Shown one piece after another: positions 45,550 to 54,902 of a DNA stretch of 64,000 nt. The DNA is from a virus: the IMG/VR virus record IMGVR_UViG_3300042922_000295, positions 1 through 64,000 of that record. One strand, 5' to 3'. Numbering within the stretch: position 1 is the stretch's first letter; each line of letters opens with the position of its first letter. The notes beneath the pieces are model-generated. The model was not told the origin of the DNA, did no database searches, and saw only the letters and a program-made list of their open reading frames with translations. The position numbers and the translations under genes were made by a program.

Positions 45550-45943
45550 GGGACTTCTCCTCGTCCTCGTCCTCCTCGTTGAAATCGACTTCGGCCAGTT
45601 CCATCACCGGCGGGTCGGGCAAGTTAAGCCCGGCCCGCCGAAGCTCTTTGACGACAATCTGGTCCCACGTGGCGTGCGCGTCGAAGAGCTTTCGCATCTT
45701 GTCGTCTCGCCTGCGCACCGCAGTCTTGAACCGGTCGAACCGAGACGAGACGCGGATGTTCTCTGCACGCAGTCGCCCGTTGTCCTCCTGCAGGTTGAGG
45801 ACGATCCCGCCCGCCGCCTGCGTGATGATGTGGGTTGCGTCCGCAGAAAGCTTACGCTTCTGGATTACGCCGTTGGCAATCGCTCCGAGGATCACGGTTA
45901 CGCCTGACGATCCAATGACCGCAATAAGGACGTCAGTGTCCAC
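45539..45943 (-). CDS. Membrane-anchored coiled-coil protein (lysis cassette)
   Basis: N-terminal TM then coiled coil. Confidence 0.75.
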   Translation of the reverse strand: MDTDVLIAVIGSSGVTVILGAIANGVIQKRKLSADATHIITQAAGGIVLNLQEDNGRLRAENIRVSSRFDRFKTAVRRRDDKMRKLFDAHATWDQIVVKELRRAGLNLPDPPVMELAEVDFNEEDEDEEKSPIE

Positions 45944-46379
45944 GATTCCCGAACCCCCTCTGCCGACGCTGTGCGAGAACCTCGGCCTTCTTCAGTGCCT
46001 TCTGGATGCGCCACCAACGCCGGAAGCAGGCCAGGCCGAAGCCGGTAACCGCGATGGCTGGGAAGAAGCCTGACCACCCGGCCGCGTCGAGGACAGCAGC
46101 AGCATACGCGAGCATGCCTACGCCCGTCGCCACCATCCCGATCTGCTCGATGATGAGCCCGGTGTCCCGCCTCGGGAGAAAGATTCCGATGAGGGCGATG
46201 AGCGACCCGAGGCAGATCATCAACCCCCATACGAGCTGCCACTGGTGCGGGAGAAGAGCCTGGATCGTGCCCGGCGTGGCGTCCCCGAAGATGATCGGCG
46301 GTCCACCGAGCACGCACAGTACGAGCGTGTAGATCTCGAAGCCTTCACGGCCTTCCCGCGTCACCTCGGTCAGTGGCAT
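45933..46379 (-). CDS. Four-TM membrane protein (lysis cassette)
   Basis: Four hydrophobic segments downstream of endolysin. Confidence 0.8.
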   Translation of the reverse strand: MPLTEVTREGREGFEIYTLVLCVLGGPPIIFGDATPGTIQALLPHQWQLVWGLMICLGSLIALIGIFLPRRDTGLIIEQIGMVATGVGMLAYAAAVLDAAGWSGFFPAIAVTGFGLACFRRWWRIQKALKKAEVLAQRRQRGFGNRGH

Positions 46380-46797
46380 TGTAAGCCTTCCTCGTGTTTC
46401 GGTAGACCTCGGCCATGCCCGCGTACATCACTCCGAGGATAGCGAAGATGATGAGACCGAGGCCTGACGAGCTGGGGATATCCATGAAGGCCTTGCCGAA
46501 GACCCCTGCAAAGAAGAACGACCATACGGCACTGGCGTAGAAGCCGATGACGATGTAGATGAGCTTGTGAAGTATGCCGCCGTAGGCGGATACGAGTCCT
46601 GCCAGGAGGATCACCCAGCCCCACGTCGGAGGAGCGCCGGGCACCGCCAGGGCGTATGTGAACCCTGGCGATGCCCAGCGACTCGGTTCCGTGAGGACGA
46701 TGAAGACTCCCTGGAGGATGGCGAACAGCGACAGTAGCCGCGACCCCTGCGTGACGGCCCACTGAGCCATCTTCAGGGGAATGATCGGTCCAGTCAC
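46345..46797 (-). CDS. Four-TM membrane protein (lysis cassette)
   Basis: GGAGG RBS, four hydrophobic segments. Confidence 0.8.
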   Translation of the reverse strand: MTGPIIPLKMAQWAVTQGSRLLSLFAILQGVFIVLTEPSRWASPGFTYALAVPGAPPTWGWVILLAGLVSAYGGILHKLIYIVIGFYASAVWSFFFAGVFGKAFMDIPSSSGLGLIIFAILGVMYAGMAEVYRNTRKAYNATDRGDAGRP

Positions 46798-46810
46798 TCC
46801 AGGGCCTCCG

Positions 46811-47914
46811 TCACTTGTTGATAGCGTGCTTGCGCCACGCCTGGACGAAGGCTGCGTCCGTTCCCGGACCCCACTGCCCGTCGATGGCTCCCTTGTAGAA
46901 GCCGTGGGCCTTGAGGGCCTGCTGGACACGGATGACCGCCTGGTCGTGGGCCTTGATCGACTTGCGACCCCAGTCCCCGTCCTGTCCGGTGCCGACGACA
47001 GCCTGCGCGTACTTCACGCCGAACGGGAACTGGCGACCCTTGAGCGACGAGGACATGCGAACCGCGTGGGTGCGCTTGTCGGTGTCGTTCCCCCAGAAGC
47101 CGTCGTCCGTCGCGCCGACCGCACGCTGGATGGCCTTGACGGCCTCGTTCCCAGCGGGCTTGGGCGGCTTCGGCAGCGCGGGCTTGCCCTTGTTGGCGAT
47201 GGCCCGGTCGAGCGCGGCCATCGTTGCAGGACCCGGGTCGCCGTCCACCGAGATGCCCGCCGCCTTCTGGAAGGCACGCGTGGCGTCGTAGGTGTACTTG
47301 CCCAGGTCGCCGTCCACGCCCGCAGGGCCGAGGTTGTACCCCAGCGCCTTGAGCTTGGTCTGGATGGCCTTGATCCAGACGCTGGTGCGACCGTTCGGGT
47401 TGTACTTGACGGTCGTGCCGCCACCCGTGGAGACCGCGTTGGAGTACGCCGGGGAGCCGTAGCCCACGATGTACGCCTTGCGACGCTTGCGGACAACGGC
47501 GCGCCCGTTGCGCTGGTCACCGGCAGCGGTGCCGCTGGTGTTGAACTCGATCGTGTTGACCGAGCCGTCACCGTTCACGGACTCCACGATGCCGACGTGC
47601 GAGATGCGGTTCGGCTGACCGGGCCAGTCGAAGAACACGATGGCGCCACGGTGGATGCCACGCGTGCCCGTCGTCCACTGGCCGCGAGCCTTGAACCAGT
47701 TCGCACCCGCAGGGGTGTAGGCGTGCAGCGGGAAGATGTCGAGTCCACCGACGCCGTCGAACACCCACGACAGACCCATCGCGCAGAACGCGGCGGAGTC
47801 GTAGACGCTGGAGCCGACCTTGTCGCCGTACCAGACACCGTACTTCGAGTTGCCGGGGTAGTAGTTCCCCAGCTCCCCGCGAGCCTTGGCGAGAACCTGC
47901 TCGATGGTCGTCAT
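46811..47914 (-). CDS. Endolysin: CHAP amidase/peptidase plus peptidoglycan-binding domains
   Basis: FCAM...HVGIVE...TIEFNT; DGDLG..T..A..AFQ...DG repeats. Confidence 0.92.
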   Translation of the reverse strand: MTTIEQVLAKARGELGNYYPGNSKYGVWYGDKVGSSVYDSAAFCAMGLSWVFDGVGGLDIFPLHAYTPAGANWFKARGQWTTGTRGIHRGAIVFFDWPGQPNRISHVGIVESVNGDGSVNTIEFNTSGTAAGDQRNGRAVVRKRRKAYIVGYGSPAYSNAVSTGGGTTVKYNPNGRTSVWIKAIQTKLKALGYNLGPAGVDGDLGKYTYDATRAFQKAAGISVDGDPGPATMAALDRAIANKGKPALPKPPKPAGNEAVKAIQRAVGATDDGFWGNDTDKRTHAVRMSSSLKGRQFPFGVKYAQAVVGTGQDGDWGRKSIKAHDQAVIRVQQALKAHGFYKGAIDGQWGPGTDAAFVQAWRKHAINK

Positions 47915-48063
47915 CCGCCGACCTCCTGCTCGCCGTCCGGGCCGACCTCGACGCTCGGGTCGTTCGGCGGGTCCGGATACTCCGAGGGGTGGTTGCCCGT
48001 GTCGGGCAGGTCACCGCCCGTGGGGTCGTTGGTCGCCTTGGCGATCTTCTTCTCCTCGGTCAT
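47911..48063 (-). CDS. Small acidic protein
   Basis: ATGA overlaps on both sides. Confidence 0.6.
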   Translation of the reverse strand: MTEEKKIAKATNDPTGGDLPDTGNHPSEYPDPPNDPSVEVGPDGEQEVGG

Positions 48064-48401
48064 GCTGCGTGCCGCCCCTCGTACGTCTGGACGGCAGCCT
48101 GCTCCAGCGCGACGACCTCGGCGTCCTCGTTGAGGTCGACCACGGCGTTGCCGGGATAGATGACCTCGGGGGCGTCGAACGGCTTCGGCTGGAAGGCGAT
48201 GACCTTCGCCATGCTCGTGACGGTCGGTCGTGCCACGAGCACCAGGAACAGCGCGCTGACCGCCGTGAACAGGTCGACGATGAGGTCGACCCACTGGTTC
48301 ACGTCGGGGATGCCGAACTGCGCCAGGATGCCCGCGAGCGCCACCAGCAGGCCGCGCACCAGCACGGGCTCCGTCTGGAAGAACTGCTTGAGCTTCTCCA
48401 A
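48060..48401 (-). CDS. Holin-like two-TM protein
   Basis: EPVLV..., two TMs, ARPTVT; upstream of endolysin. Confidence 0.75.
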   Translation of the reverse strand: MEKLKQFFQTEPVLVRGLLVALAGILAQFGIPDVNQWVDLIVDLFTAVSALFLVLVARPTVTSMAKVIAFQPKPFDAPEVIYPGNAVVDLNEDAEVVALEQAAVQTYEGRHAA

Positions 48402-48502
48402 GTTCCTCTCCTCCTTCTGTCAGGCCGAACTGTACGGCCCACTAACCACCCGCGTCAAACGGGAGGCTGTTCGCGGATTGAACGCACCCGCGTCTATAAG
48501 TA

Positions 48503-49957
48503 CTACGCCTCGGCGACGAAGTTGATGCCGTTGAGACTGTGCCAGGAAGTGACCGTACGGTTCATGTGCTCGATGTCACCAAGTGAGGCTGCAAACAGGT
48601 CAACTCGTGCCCACTGATTGTCGGACGAGATGGTGTACAGGCCTCGCTCGGAGGGGCGTGCGCCGACAGGAAGGATTCCAGAGTCGCCAGGAAAGGTTCC
48701 ACCGGTGATGAGTCCCTGGAGTTGGACAAGGCTGTCAGCATGGCGCTGGTACTGCTGTGCTGGCATAGAAGCGTTGAACGATGCCCAACTGTTTGTGTAA
48801 GGGATGTTGGTCATCGCCTCGTACTCTTCCGGGGTGTACATCAACCCAGCGAGCGAGACCCAGGTAGTCGTGTTGGTGCCGGTGGTCTTGCGCTTCCAGC
48901 GGAGCGTCGGGTAGTTGGCGTCGCCACCCGCCGCGTTGATCCTGGCAAAGTCGACACCGCTTCCGACGTTCGTCATGAGAGCAGGCATGTGGAGCTGCAG
49001 TCGAGGCTGGAGGTTCGTCGGGAGCTGGGCCATGATACTGTCAGCCGTGGGAACTGCTCCCCTGTACACCATGCCCCGGAACCAGACTCGTCCCAACCGA
49101 TCCTGCCACCACGAGGGCGTGCCATAACCAGAGCCGCCCGAGTCCGTGTATTCCAGCCACGAGTTGACGAGCGTGAGCGGCTGCCAGTCGGCAACACCAG
49201 CGGCTGGGAACATGATGCCGTCGAGGCCGATCCAATCCGGGTCAGACCGAACAGCCACGATGTTCCCGTTAGGGTGGACGTCCACACGCCCGACGATGTT
49301 GGAGAACGTGGACGTCTCGAACACCATCCGCTCGTCAGGCCGGTAGCCCTCCGGAAGCTGGGCAATCACGCTACCCTCGGCTCCGCCCTTCACAAGTCCC
49401 TTGAGGACAACGATGCCGGTATTGAGCTTGAGGTATCCACCGTCTGCATACGATGTGGCGTAGCGGGTCCACGGAGTCTCGTAGGGGAGCTGGGTCCATG
49501 TAGCCTTGCTGGGCATGGCGTCAATGGAGAGCCAGGTCACCCCGTCCGTCGTGAGGCGAAACTTGTACGGGTCCGTAACGGCGTCGTTCCTGTGGATGAT
49601 GACAGGCGAGTTGTGATCCGGCCTCATGGCCGCGAGGATAGCCTGCTGCTCGGTGAAGGTGGAAGCGCTCAGGATCGGGACCGTCTCGGGTACACCGACG
49701 ACTCCGTCGATGAAGCGGTCGGTGCCGATGCCTGACACTCGCACGATCTGCCCCGGTCGCGGCCAGACGCCAGCGATGGGAACGTTCACCGGGTCGAGGT
49801 CGCCGTTGAACAGAACGCTAGCCCTCTTGGCGGGGATGTCGACCGAAACGCACGCGCCATACCTGTACGCCGGGCGCAGCTTGTTGATCGTACTCTCGGC
49901 GATCGACGTGATGAGGTCACGCATCTTCGCTGAGACGTTGTACTCGGACAGGCCCAT
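48503..49957 (-). CDS. Minor tail protein with three tandem C-terminal repeats
   Basis: W..L...W..Y...G.V.L.G...LP.G.RP unit three times. Confidence 0.8.
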   Translation of the reverse strand: MGLSEYNVSAKMRDLITSIAESTINKLRPAYRYGACVSVDIPAKRASVLFNGDLDPVNVPIAGVWPRPGQIVRVSGIGTDRFIDGVVGVPETVPILSASTFTEQQAILAAMRPDHNSPVIIHRNDAVTDPYKFRLTTDGVTWLSIDAMPSKATWTQLPYETPWTRYATSYADGGYLKLNTGIVVLKGLVKGGAEGSVIAQLPEGYRPDERMVFETSTFSNIVGRVDVHPNGNIVAVRSDPDWIGLDGIMFPAAGVADWQPLTLVNSWLEYTDSGGSGYGTPSWWQDRLGRVWFRGMVYRGAVPTADSIMAQLPTNLQPRLQLHMPALMTNVGSGVDFARINAAGGDANYPTLRWKRKTTGTNTTTWVSLAGLMYTPEEYEAMTNIPYTNSWASFNASMPAQQYQRHADSLVQLQGLITGGTFPGDSGILPVGARPSERGLYTISSDNQWARVDLFAASLGDIEHMNRTVTSWHSLNGINFVAEA

Positions 49958-49959
49958 GG

Positions 49960-52287
49960 TCAGCTCACATTCGTGACGCGTCGTGCCTTGCCGTCCATGA
50001 GGCCGAGGCCGAGCGGGATGGAAAAGTCGCTAAGCAAGAACGTCGTCGGGTCGCCGGGCGCCGGACGAGGGTCCACGAACCCGACGATATCACCCGCCTC
50101 CAACCAGGGAAGCATGAGGGAGCTGAATCCCAGCTCGAACTCCTCCAGTGCGTGCACTGCGAGGAAGCTGTCTGCGACCTGCTGCGCCTGCGGTGTCGTC
50201 TCGATGAACGAGCTGGAGTACTCGTAGACCCGCTCCCCGATGTTCACAGTACTCGTGGGGGAGTTGGGGTCGTCGTTGCGAGCGACCGCATAGACAGGCG
50301 GCGAGTCAGCGTCGGACGACTCGCCCGTCACGAGCACCACGTTGTAGATGCGCGTATCCGTCGTGGACTTCTCGTACGATCCGAGCTGACCGCCGTCGCG
50401 CCCGGTCTTGAGTACCAGGACGGGGCTCGTGCTGACAGGATCGCTGTACGGACGGAGGATCAGGAACCCGGTCGCGTCGAAGAAGATCTCGTAGTCGTAC
50501 GCAGTTGCGATCTCCTTCATCGCTTCCCACCGGGATACGCCCCGGTCGAAGAAGAATTCGCGGGCGACGACGACACCCGTCGTGGGGAGGCTCCGCTTCG
50601 TGATGCCCGCCGCCCCGGCGATGGACGCGATGATCGACTCAAGCGCCATGCCGGAAGCAAACTGCGTGGCGTAGAGGAACTTCGACCCCATGCACTTCTT
50701 GGTGTAGTCTCGTCCTGTGAGCGACACGTCGTAGGGGAAGTGACGCTCGGTGATCCGATCGATCATGAACTCACCGATCTGGCATTCCCACTCCAGCATC
50801 GGCTTCACCGTGTTGAGCCACCCGAAGAAGCTCGCCAGCATGTTGACGACCTGCGGAACGTCATACTGGTTGTAATCGAAGGGCAGGTGCGCTGCAATGA
50901 GTCGCCCGCCGCGAATCGGCTCGGCGTAAGCCACGATGCGCGAGTAGATCGCGTCCACAGGGTCGGCGGAGATGACGGACGCCTGGGAGATGCCAGACAC
51001 ATCGTACGACCGGCCCGCGATAGCCGAGCGAGTGGACGTCGAAGCGTTCGCCGTCGATGTCCACGCGTAGTCGTAGAACTGCGTGTCAGTCATGTCGCCA
51101 TCGACATACGGCTGAATCTCCGGCTCATAGTAGGTGCGACCGCCGGTCCAGTGGAAGATGTCTCCCACTCCGAGGTACGAGCCGCCCGAGGGGACGAACC
51201 ACACTCGAGTCGAGGTGTAGTCGCCGGTCGACGTCACAACGTCCGACAGCTCCAGCCACTGGTTGAGCGGCAGGGTGACGCTGACCTGCTTGCTGCCGAC
51301 GACGGTGCTGCCGTTGTAGAAGCGGAAGTAGGCGATGCCACTCACAGCTCGATTCGCCCTGATCCACATGCCGATGTTCGCCGTCTGTCCAGCACTGCCC
51401 GAGACGAACACACTGCGGTAGGGTCCGCTCGACCCAGCCGTCTGCGCTGTCGTGACCTCTGCACGGCGGTACGTCGTGATCTTCGAGCCGTCCGAGAGAA
51501 CCGGGCCGTCCGACGCTCCCGTGACGTTCGAGAGGGTAGCCGCTCCACCGGTGCCGAGTCCCAAGGGCCAGTTAGTCGCAGTCGTTGCACGCGGGTCAGG
51601 GTCGAGGTTCGTGAGCTGGATCGGCGTGTAGTTCTCGAACTCCTGCCAAGCCTTGGATGCGGGGTGCGGCGACCCAGCCAGCGGCGCAACGGTCCTGTCG
51701 GTCGAGTAGATCGACAGTGCAGTCGGGTGGTACGCCTCCATCCAGGCAGCCGCGTCGGCGTCCTGGAGGTACACGGACTTGCCAGCCTCGTACGCCTCCT
51801 GGAACAGCTCGACCTGCGACTCCACGGCGCCGCCGAGGCCGACGATGATGTCGAAGTCGAGAACGTCGCCCCAGACGTAAGCGGTGGTGTTCACGAGGAC
51901 GTCACCGAATCCGCTGGTAACGAGCGCGTCACGGAACGAGCTGGCGAGCGTCTCCGGGCCAGCCTTGTCCGTGATGATAAGAATCTTCGGAGTGCGCGTC
52001 GGCTGGTTGATCCGAACCCCACGGAAGACCTTGATGATCTTGTCGTACCAGAACTCGTCCGGCGCGTTGACAAGAACGCCGTCCGCGTTCGCGAGCTGAA
52101 GGTCGAGGGTGCGGCGCTCATCGCGATTCTGGTCGACGCTCACCGTCCCATCCTTGAGGCGCAGCTCGGTGTCCTTCGACCAGCGAGTCAACCCATCCGC
52201 CTCGTAAATCTCCACGCGGCGGATGTGGCGAGTCGTCGAGCCGAGGAACTCTCGGAGTGCGATCTGCGGGGGAGTAGTGGTGGGCAC
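49960..52287 (-). CDS. Minor tail protein (DUF5047-like, with inserted domain)
   Basis: GTVSVD...RRTL, YNVVLVTGES, PWLEAGD; position in tail module. Confidence 0.8.
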   Translation of the reverse strand: MPTTTPPQIALREFLGSTTRHIRRVEIYEADGLTRWSKDTELRLKDGTVSVDQNRDERRTLDLQLANADGVLVNAPDEFWYDKIIKVFRGVRINQPTRTPKILIITDKAGPETLASSFRDALVTSGFGDVLVNTTAYVWGDVLDFDIIVGLGGAVESQVELFQEAYEAGKSVYLQDADAAAWMEAYHPTALSIYSTDRTVAPLAGSPHPASKAWQEFENYTPIQLTNLDPDPRATTATNWPLGLGTGGAATLSNVTGASDGPVLSDGSKITTYRRAEVTTAQTAGSSGPYRSVFVSGSAGQTANIGMWIRANRAVSGIAYFRFYNGSTVVGSKQVSVTLPLNQWLELSDVVTSTGDYTSTRVWFVPSGGSYLGVGDIFHWTGGRTYYEPEIQPYVDGDMTDTQFYDYAWTSTANASTSTRSAIAGRSYDVSGISQASVISADPVDAIYSRIVAYAEPIRGGRLIAAHLPFDYNQYDVPQVVNMLASFFGWLNTVKPMLEWECQIGEFMIDRITERHFPYDVSLTGRDYTKKCMGSKFLYATQFASGMALESIIASIAGAAGITKRSLPTTGVVVAREFFFDRGVSRWEAMKEIATAYDYEIFFDATGFLILRPYSDPVSTSPVLVLKTGRDGGQLGSYEKSTTDTRIYNVVLVTGESSDADSPPVYAVARNDDPNSPTSTVNIGERVYEYSSSFIETTPQAQQVADSFLAVHALEEFELGFSSLMLPWLEAGDIVGFVDPRPAPGDPTTFLLSDFSIPLGLGLMDGKARRVTNVS

Positions 52288-54902
52288 TACCCGACCTCCT
52301 CGTAAGGAATGGTGATGTCACCCATCTCGGAGGTGCCGGTCCCCGGGAGGGGCGACCAGCCGATGTTCCCGAGGGCGACCTCGAACAGGCGACCGAACGG
52401 CGTCCGGTAGTAGTACGACTCCTGCGAGTTGCGCATCGCCTCGATGGCGAGACGGAACCGGTTCGGCCGCTCCGTCCCACGCGCCTGGCAGACGATCGAT
52501 CCGGTGTACCCGAGTCGGTCACCGTAGTCACGGTGGCGCCCTCGACCGATGATGGTAGACGTCTCGGACTCGTACTCCAGGGTGCTGTCATCGCTGATGA
52601 CGTTCTGGAGGCGAACGCTAAGCTGGGGGTTGTCCGGGTCGATCAGCCAGTAGTGCGTGAGGTCGATGAAGTAGACGCGGTTCTCGACCTGCTCGTCACC
52701 GCTGGGGTCATCTGCAGGGACATAGTAGCCGACCGGGCTCTCCAGGAGGATGCCGGAACGGCTCGCCGCCTGGGTAACCGAGTAGGCGTAGTTGCTCCCG
52801 GCGCTGACCATGTAGTCGCGGAACTCGCGGGTGTTCTGGTTCGTGACCTCGCCGATCAGCTTCCACGTGGTGTCGGGCAGGTTACGTCGGTAGACCTTCC
52901 ATGCTGCGAAGAGCGGGTCGGGAGCCGCATCCACCCAGGTGACACTGACGTAGCCGTTCTCGTCCACCTGATCCACGTTGACACTGTAGGACAAGATGTC
53001 CGGGGCGATGTACTCCGTCTCGAACGCTCCGGTAGCCACGCCCGTGAGGCCAAGCGAGTCGGTAGCCTCGATACGGAAGTGGTAACTACGAGCGTTGATG
53101 AGGACGACGACCTGGGGCGTGACCTGGGTGGCCTGCCCGACCACCGCATCGGTCCAGATGAGCTCGTTGTTGGCGTCGTCGAACACCTCGATGACAGCCA
53201 GAGCCTGCGTGCCACCGGACGGGGCGGTGAACTCCCACGAGAACGTCGGCGCGCCGTTGTCGACCGGCAGGGACGGGGCGGGCGTGATGACCGTCACGAC
53301 AGGCGGGTCGGCCAGCGTGAACAGTCCCCAGCCGGTCCAGCCGGACTCGGTGTCGCCCTTGTCCCAGACCTTCACGCGCCAGCGCAGGACGTCGTTCTTC
53401 TTGTCCTCCGGGATGGCGACCGACCGCGAGACCGTCGGGTTGGAGGCACTCGACACGAGTGCGACCTTGCCGCTGTCGTAGACCACGTCGCCGGAGAGGT
53501 TGTCCTCGATGACGAGCTGGTAGGCAGACTGCACGTCGTTCGGGTTGGCCGCGTCCGTGAAGCGCCACTGGAACACCGTCTGCGCCTCGTACCGAACCGT
53601 GCTCCCTGTGACGGGAGACTGGAGAGAGACGGACGGCTGGTGTGCCTGGGTGATCTTGAGCGTGGTCGACCAGGGAGTGATGTAGCCCGTGTTGAGGTTC
53701 GTGACCTTCGACCGCATGTACCAGTCGCCGGACTTCAGGTACACCGCCGTCTTGGTGAAGCGGTACAGGCTGTTCGAGGCGACCGCAGCAGGGGTCAGCG
53801 TCTCGGTGGTAACTCCCGTGGCAAAGGTGGAGTCCTGCGACACCTCGACCGTAATGAGGCTCTTCGTGGCGATGATGCCGAGTGCCTTGATCGTGACGTC
53901 GAGGATGCCGTTGCTGACGGTCGCGTTGTTCGCGGGGGACGAGAACTCCGGGGTGCCAGCGAGTGTGGTGAACGCCTGTGCAGCAGACCACGGGCCAGGG
54001 CCGACACCGTTGGTGGCGCGGACGCGAGCCCAGTATGGCGTGCCAGGCGTGAGGTCCGTCAGCTCGGCAGGCGTGGTTCCGTCATCGAAGTTCTTGACGC
54101 CTGCCGTGAAGCCGCTGTTCGTGGCATACTGGATGTTGAACGTCTTGAGCGCCGACCCGCCGGTGCTGGCAGGGTTCACGAAGTTCAGCCGAGCGGACGT
54201 CTGCTCGACGTTCGAGATGGACACGCTCTGCGGCACGGTGGGGATCGTGGCGCCCGTAGTGAAGGAGATCGTGCCGGACCAGGCACCCCATCCTACGCCG
54301 TTACGTGCCCGCGTACGGGCGTAGTAGGTGGTTGCCGCAGCCAGACCCGTGACGGTCCCCGAACCACCGCCCCACGTGAGATGCGGCGAGGCGAAGTTCG
54401 AGTTGTTGTCGACCTGGCTCTGGTACTCCTGGATGCCCGAGCCGCGCCCGTCCGCAGCGCTGACGGTGATGCGAGCGCTGTTGTTCGTGACCGACCCGGC
54501 CGAGATGCCAGGCTGCGTCGGGACGTTCGCAGGGCGCGCCGGAACCTGCCACGACCGGGACACGCTCGGCGCGCCGCCGAGGTAGGAGCCGCTGATCGAG
54601 GCGTTGAATCCCCACACCGGACCTGGCGAGTAGTTCAGCCCAGCGACGACGTGGCGAGTCGAGATGAACTTCGTCTGCGGCTGACCAGGAACGTTCGGGG
54701 TGTTCATGTAGAACGCCCACGACCCACTTCCCCACGAGTCGGCGAAGTGGTACGTCTGGTTGTCCGCGAAGCCCCAGCCGTCCGAGCCGACATAGTAGTC
54801 AGCGTAGACGTTGATGGCAGTCGTGTTCGTGTTGTACGAGTCGTGTCGGATGTCGATACCGACTCGCTCGTGCTGCGAATAGCCGCCCCAGACGATAGCC
54901 AT
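52287..54902 (-). CDS. Minor tail protein with fibronectin type III repeats
   Basis: GL...TTYYARTRARNGVGWGAWS and similar repeats; follows tape measure. Confidence 0.85.
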   Translation of the reverse strand: MAIVWGGYSQHERVGIDIRHDSYNTNTTAINVYADYYVGSDGWGFADNQTYHFADSWGSGSWAFYMNTPNVPGQPQTKFISTRHVVAGLNYSPGPVWGFNASISGSYLGGAPSVSRSWQVPARPANVPTQPGISAGSVTNNSARITVSAADGRGSGIQEYQSQVDNNSNFASPHLTWGGGSGTVTGLAAATTYYARTRARNGVGWGAWSGTISFTTGATIPTVPQSVSISNVEQTSARLNFVNPASTGGSALKTFNIQYATNSGFTAGVKNFDDGTTPAELTDLTPGTPYWARVRATNGVGPGPWSAAQAFTTLAGTPEFSSPANNATVSNGILDVTIKALGIIATKSLITVEVSQDSTFATGVTTETLTPAAVASNSLYRFTKTAVYLKSGDWYMRSKVTNLNTGYITPWSTTLKITQAHQPSVSLQSPVTGSTVRYEAQTVFQWRFTDAANPNDVQSAYQLVIEDNLSGDVVYDSGKVALVSSASNPTVSRSVAIPEDKKNDVLRWRVKVWDKGDTESGWTGWGLFTLADPPVVTVITPAPSLPVDNGAPTFSWEFTAPSGGTQALAVIEVFDDANNELIWTDAVVGQATQVTPQVVVLINARSYHFRIEATDSLGLTGVATGAFETEYIAPDILSYSVNVDQVDENGYVSVTWVDAAPDPLFAAWKVYRRNLPDTTWKLIGEVTNQNTREFRDYMVSAGSNYAYSVTQAASRSGILLESPVGYYVPADDPSGDEQVENRVYFIDLTHYWLIDPDNPQLSVRLQNVISDDSTLEYESETSTIIGRGRHRDYGDRLGYTGSIVCQARGTERPNRFRLAIEAMRNSQESYYYRTPFGRLFEVALGNIGWSPLPGTGTSEMGDITIPYEEVG

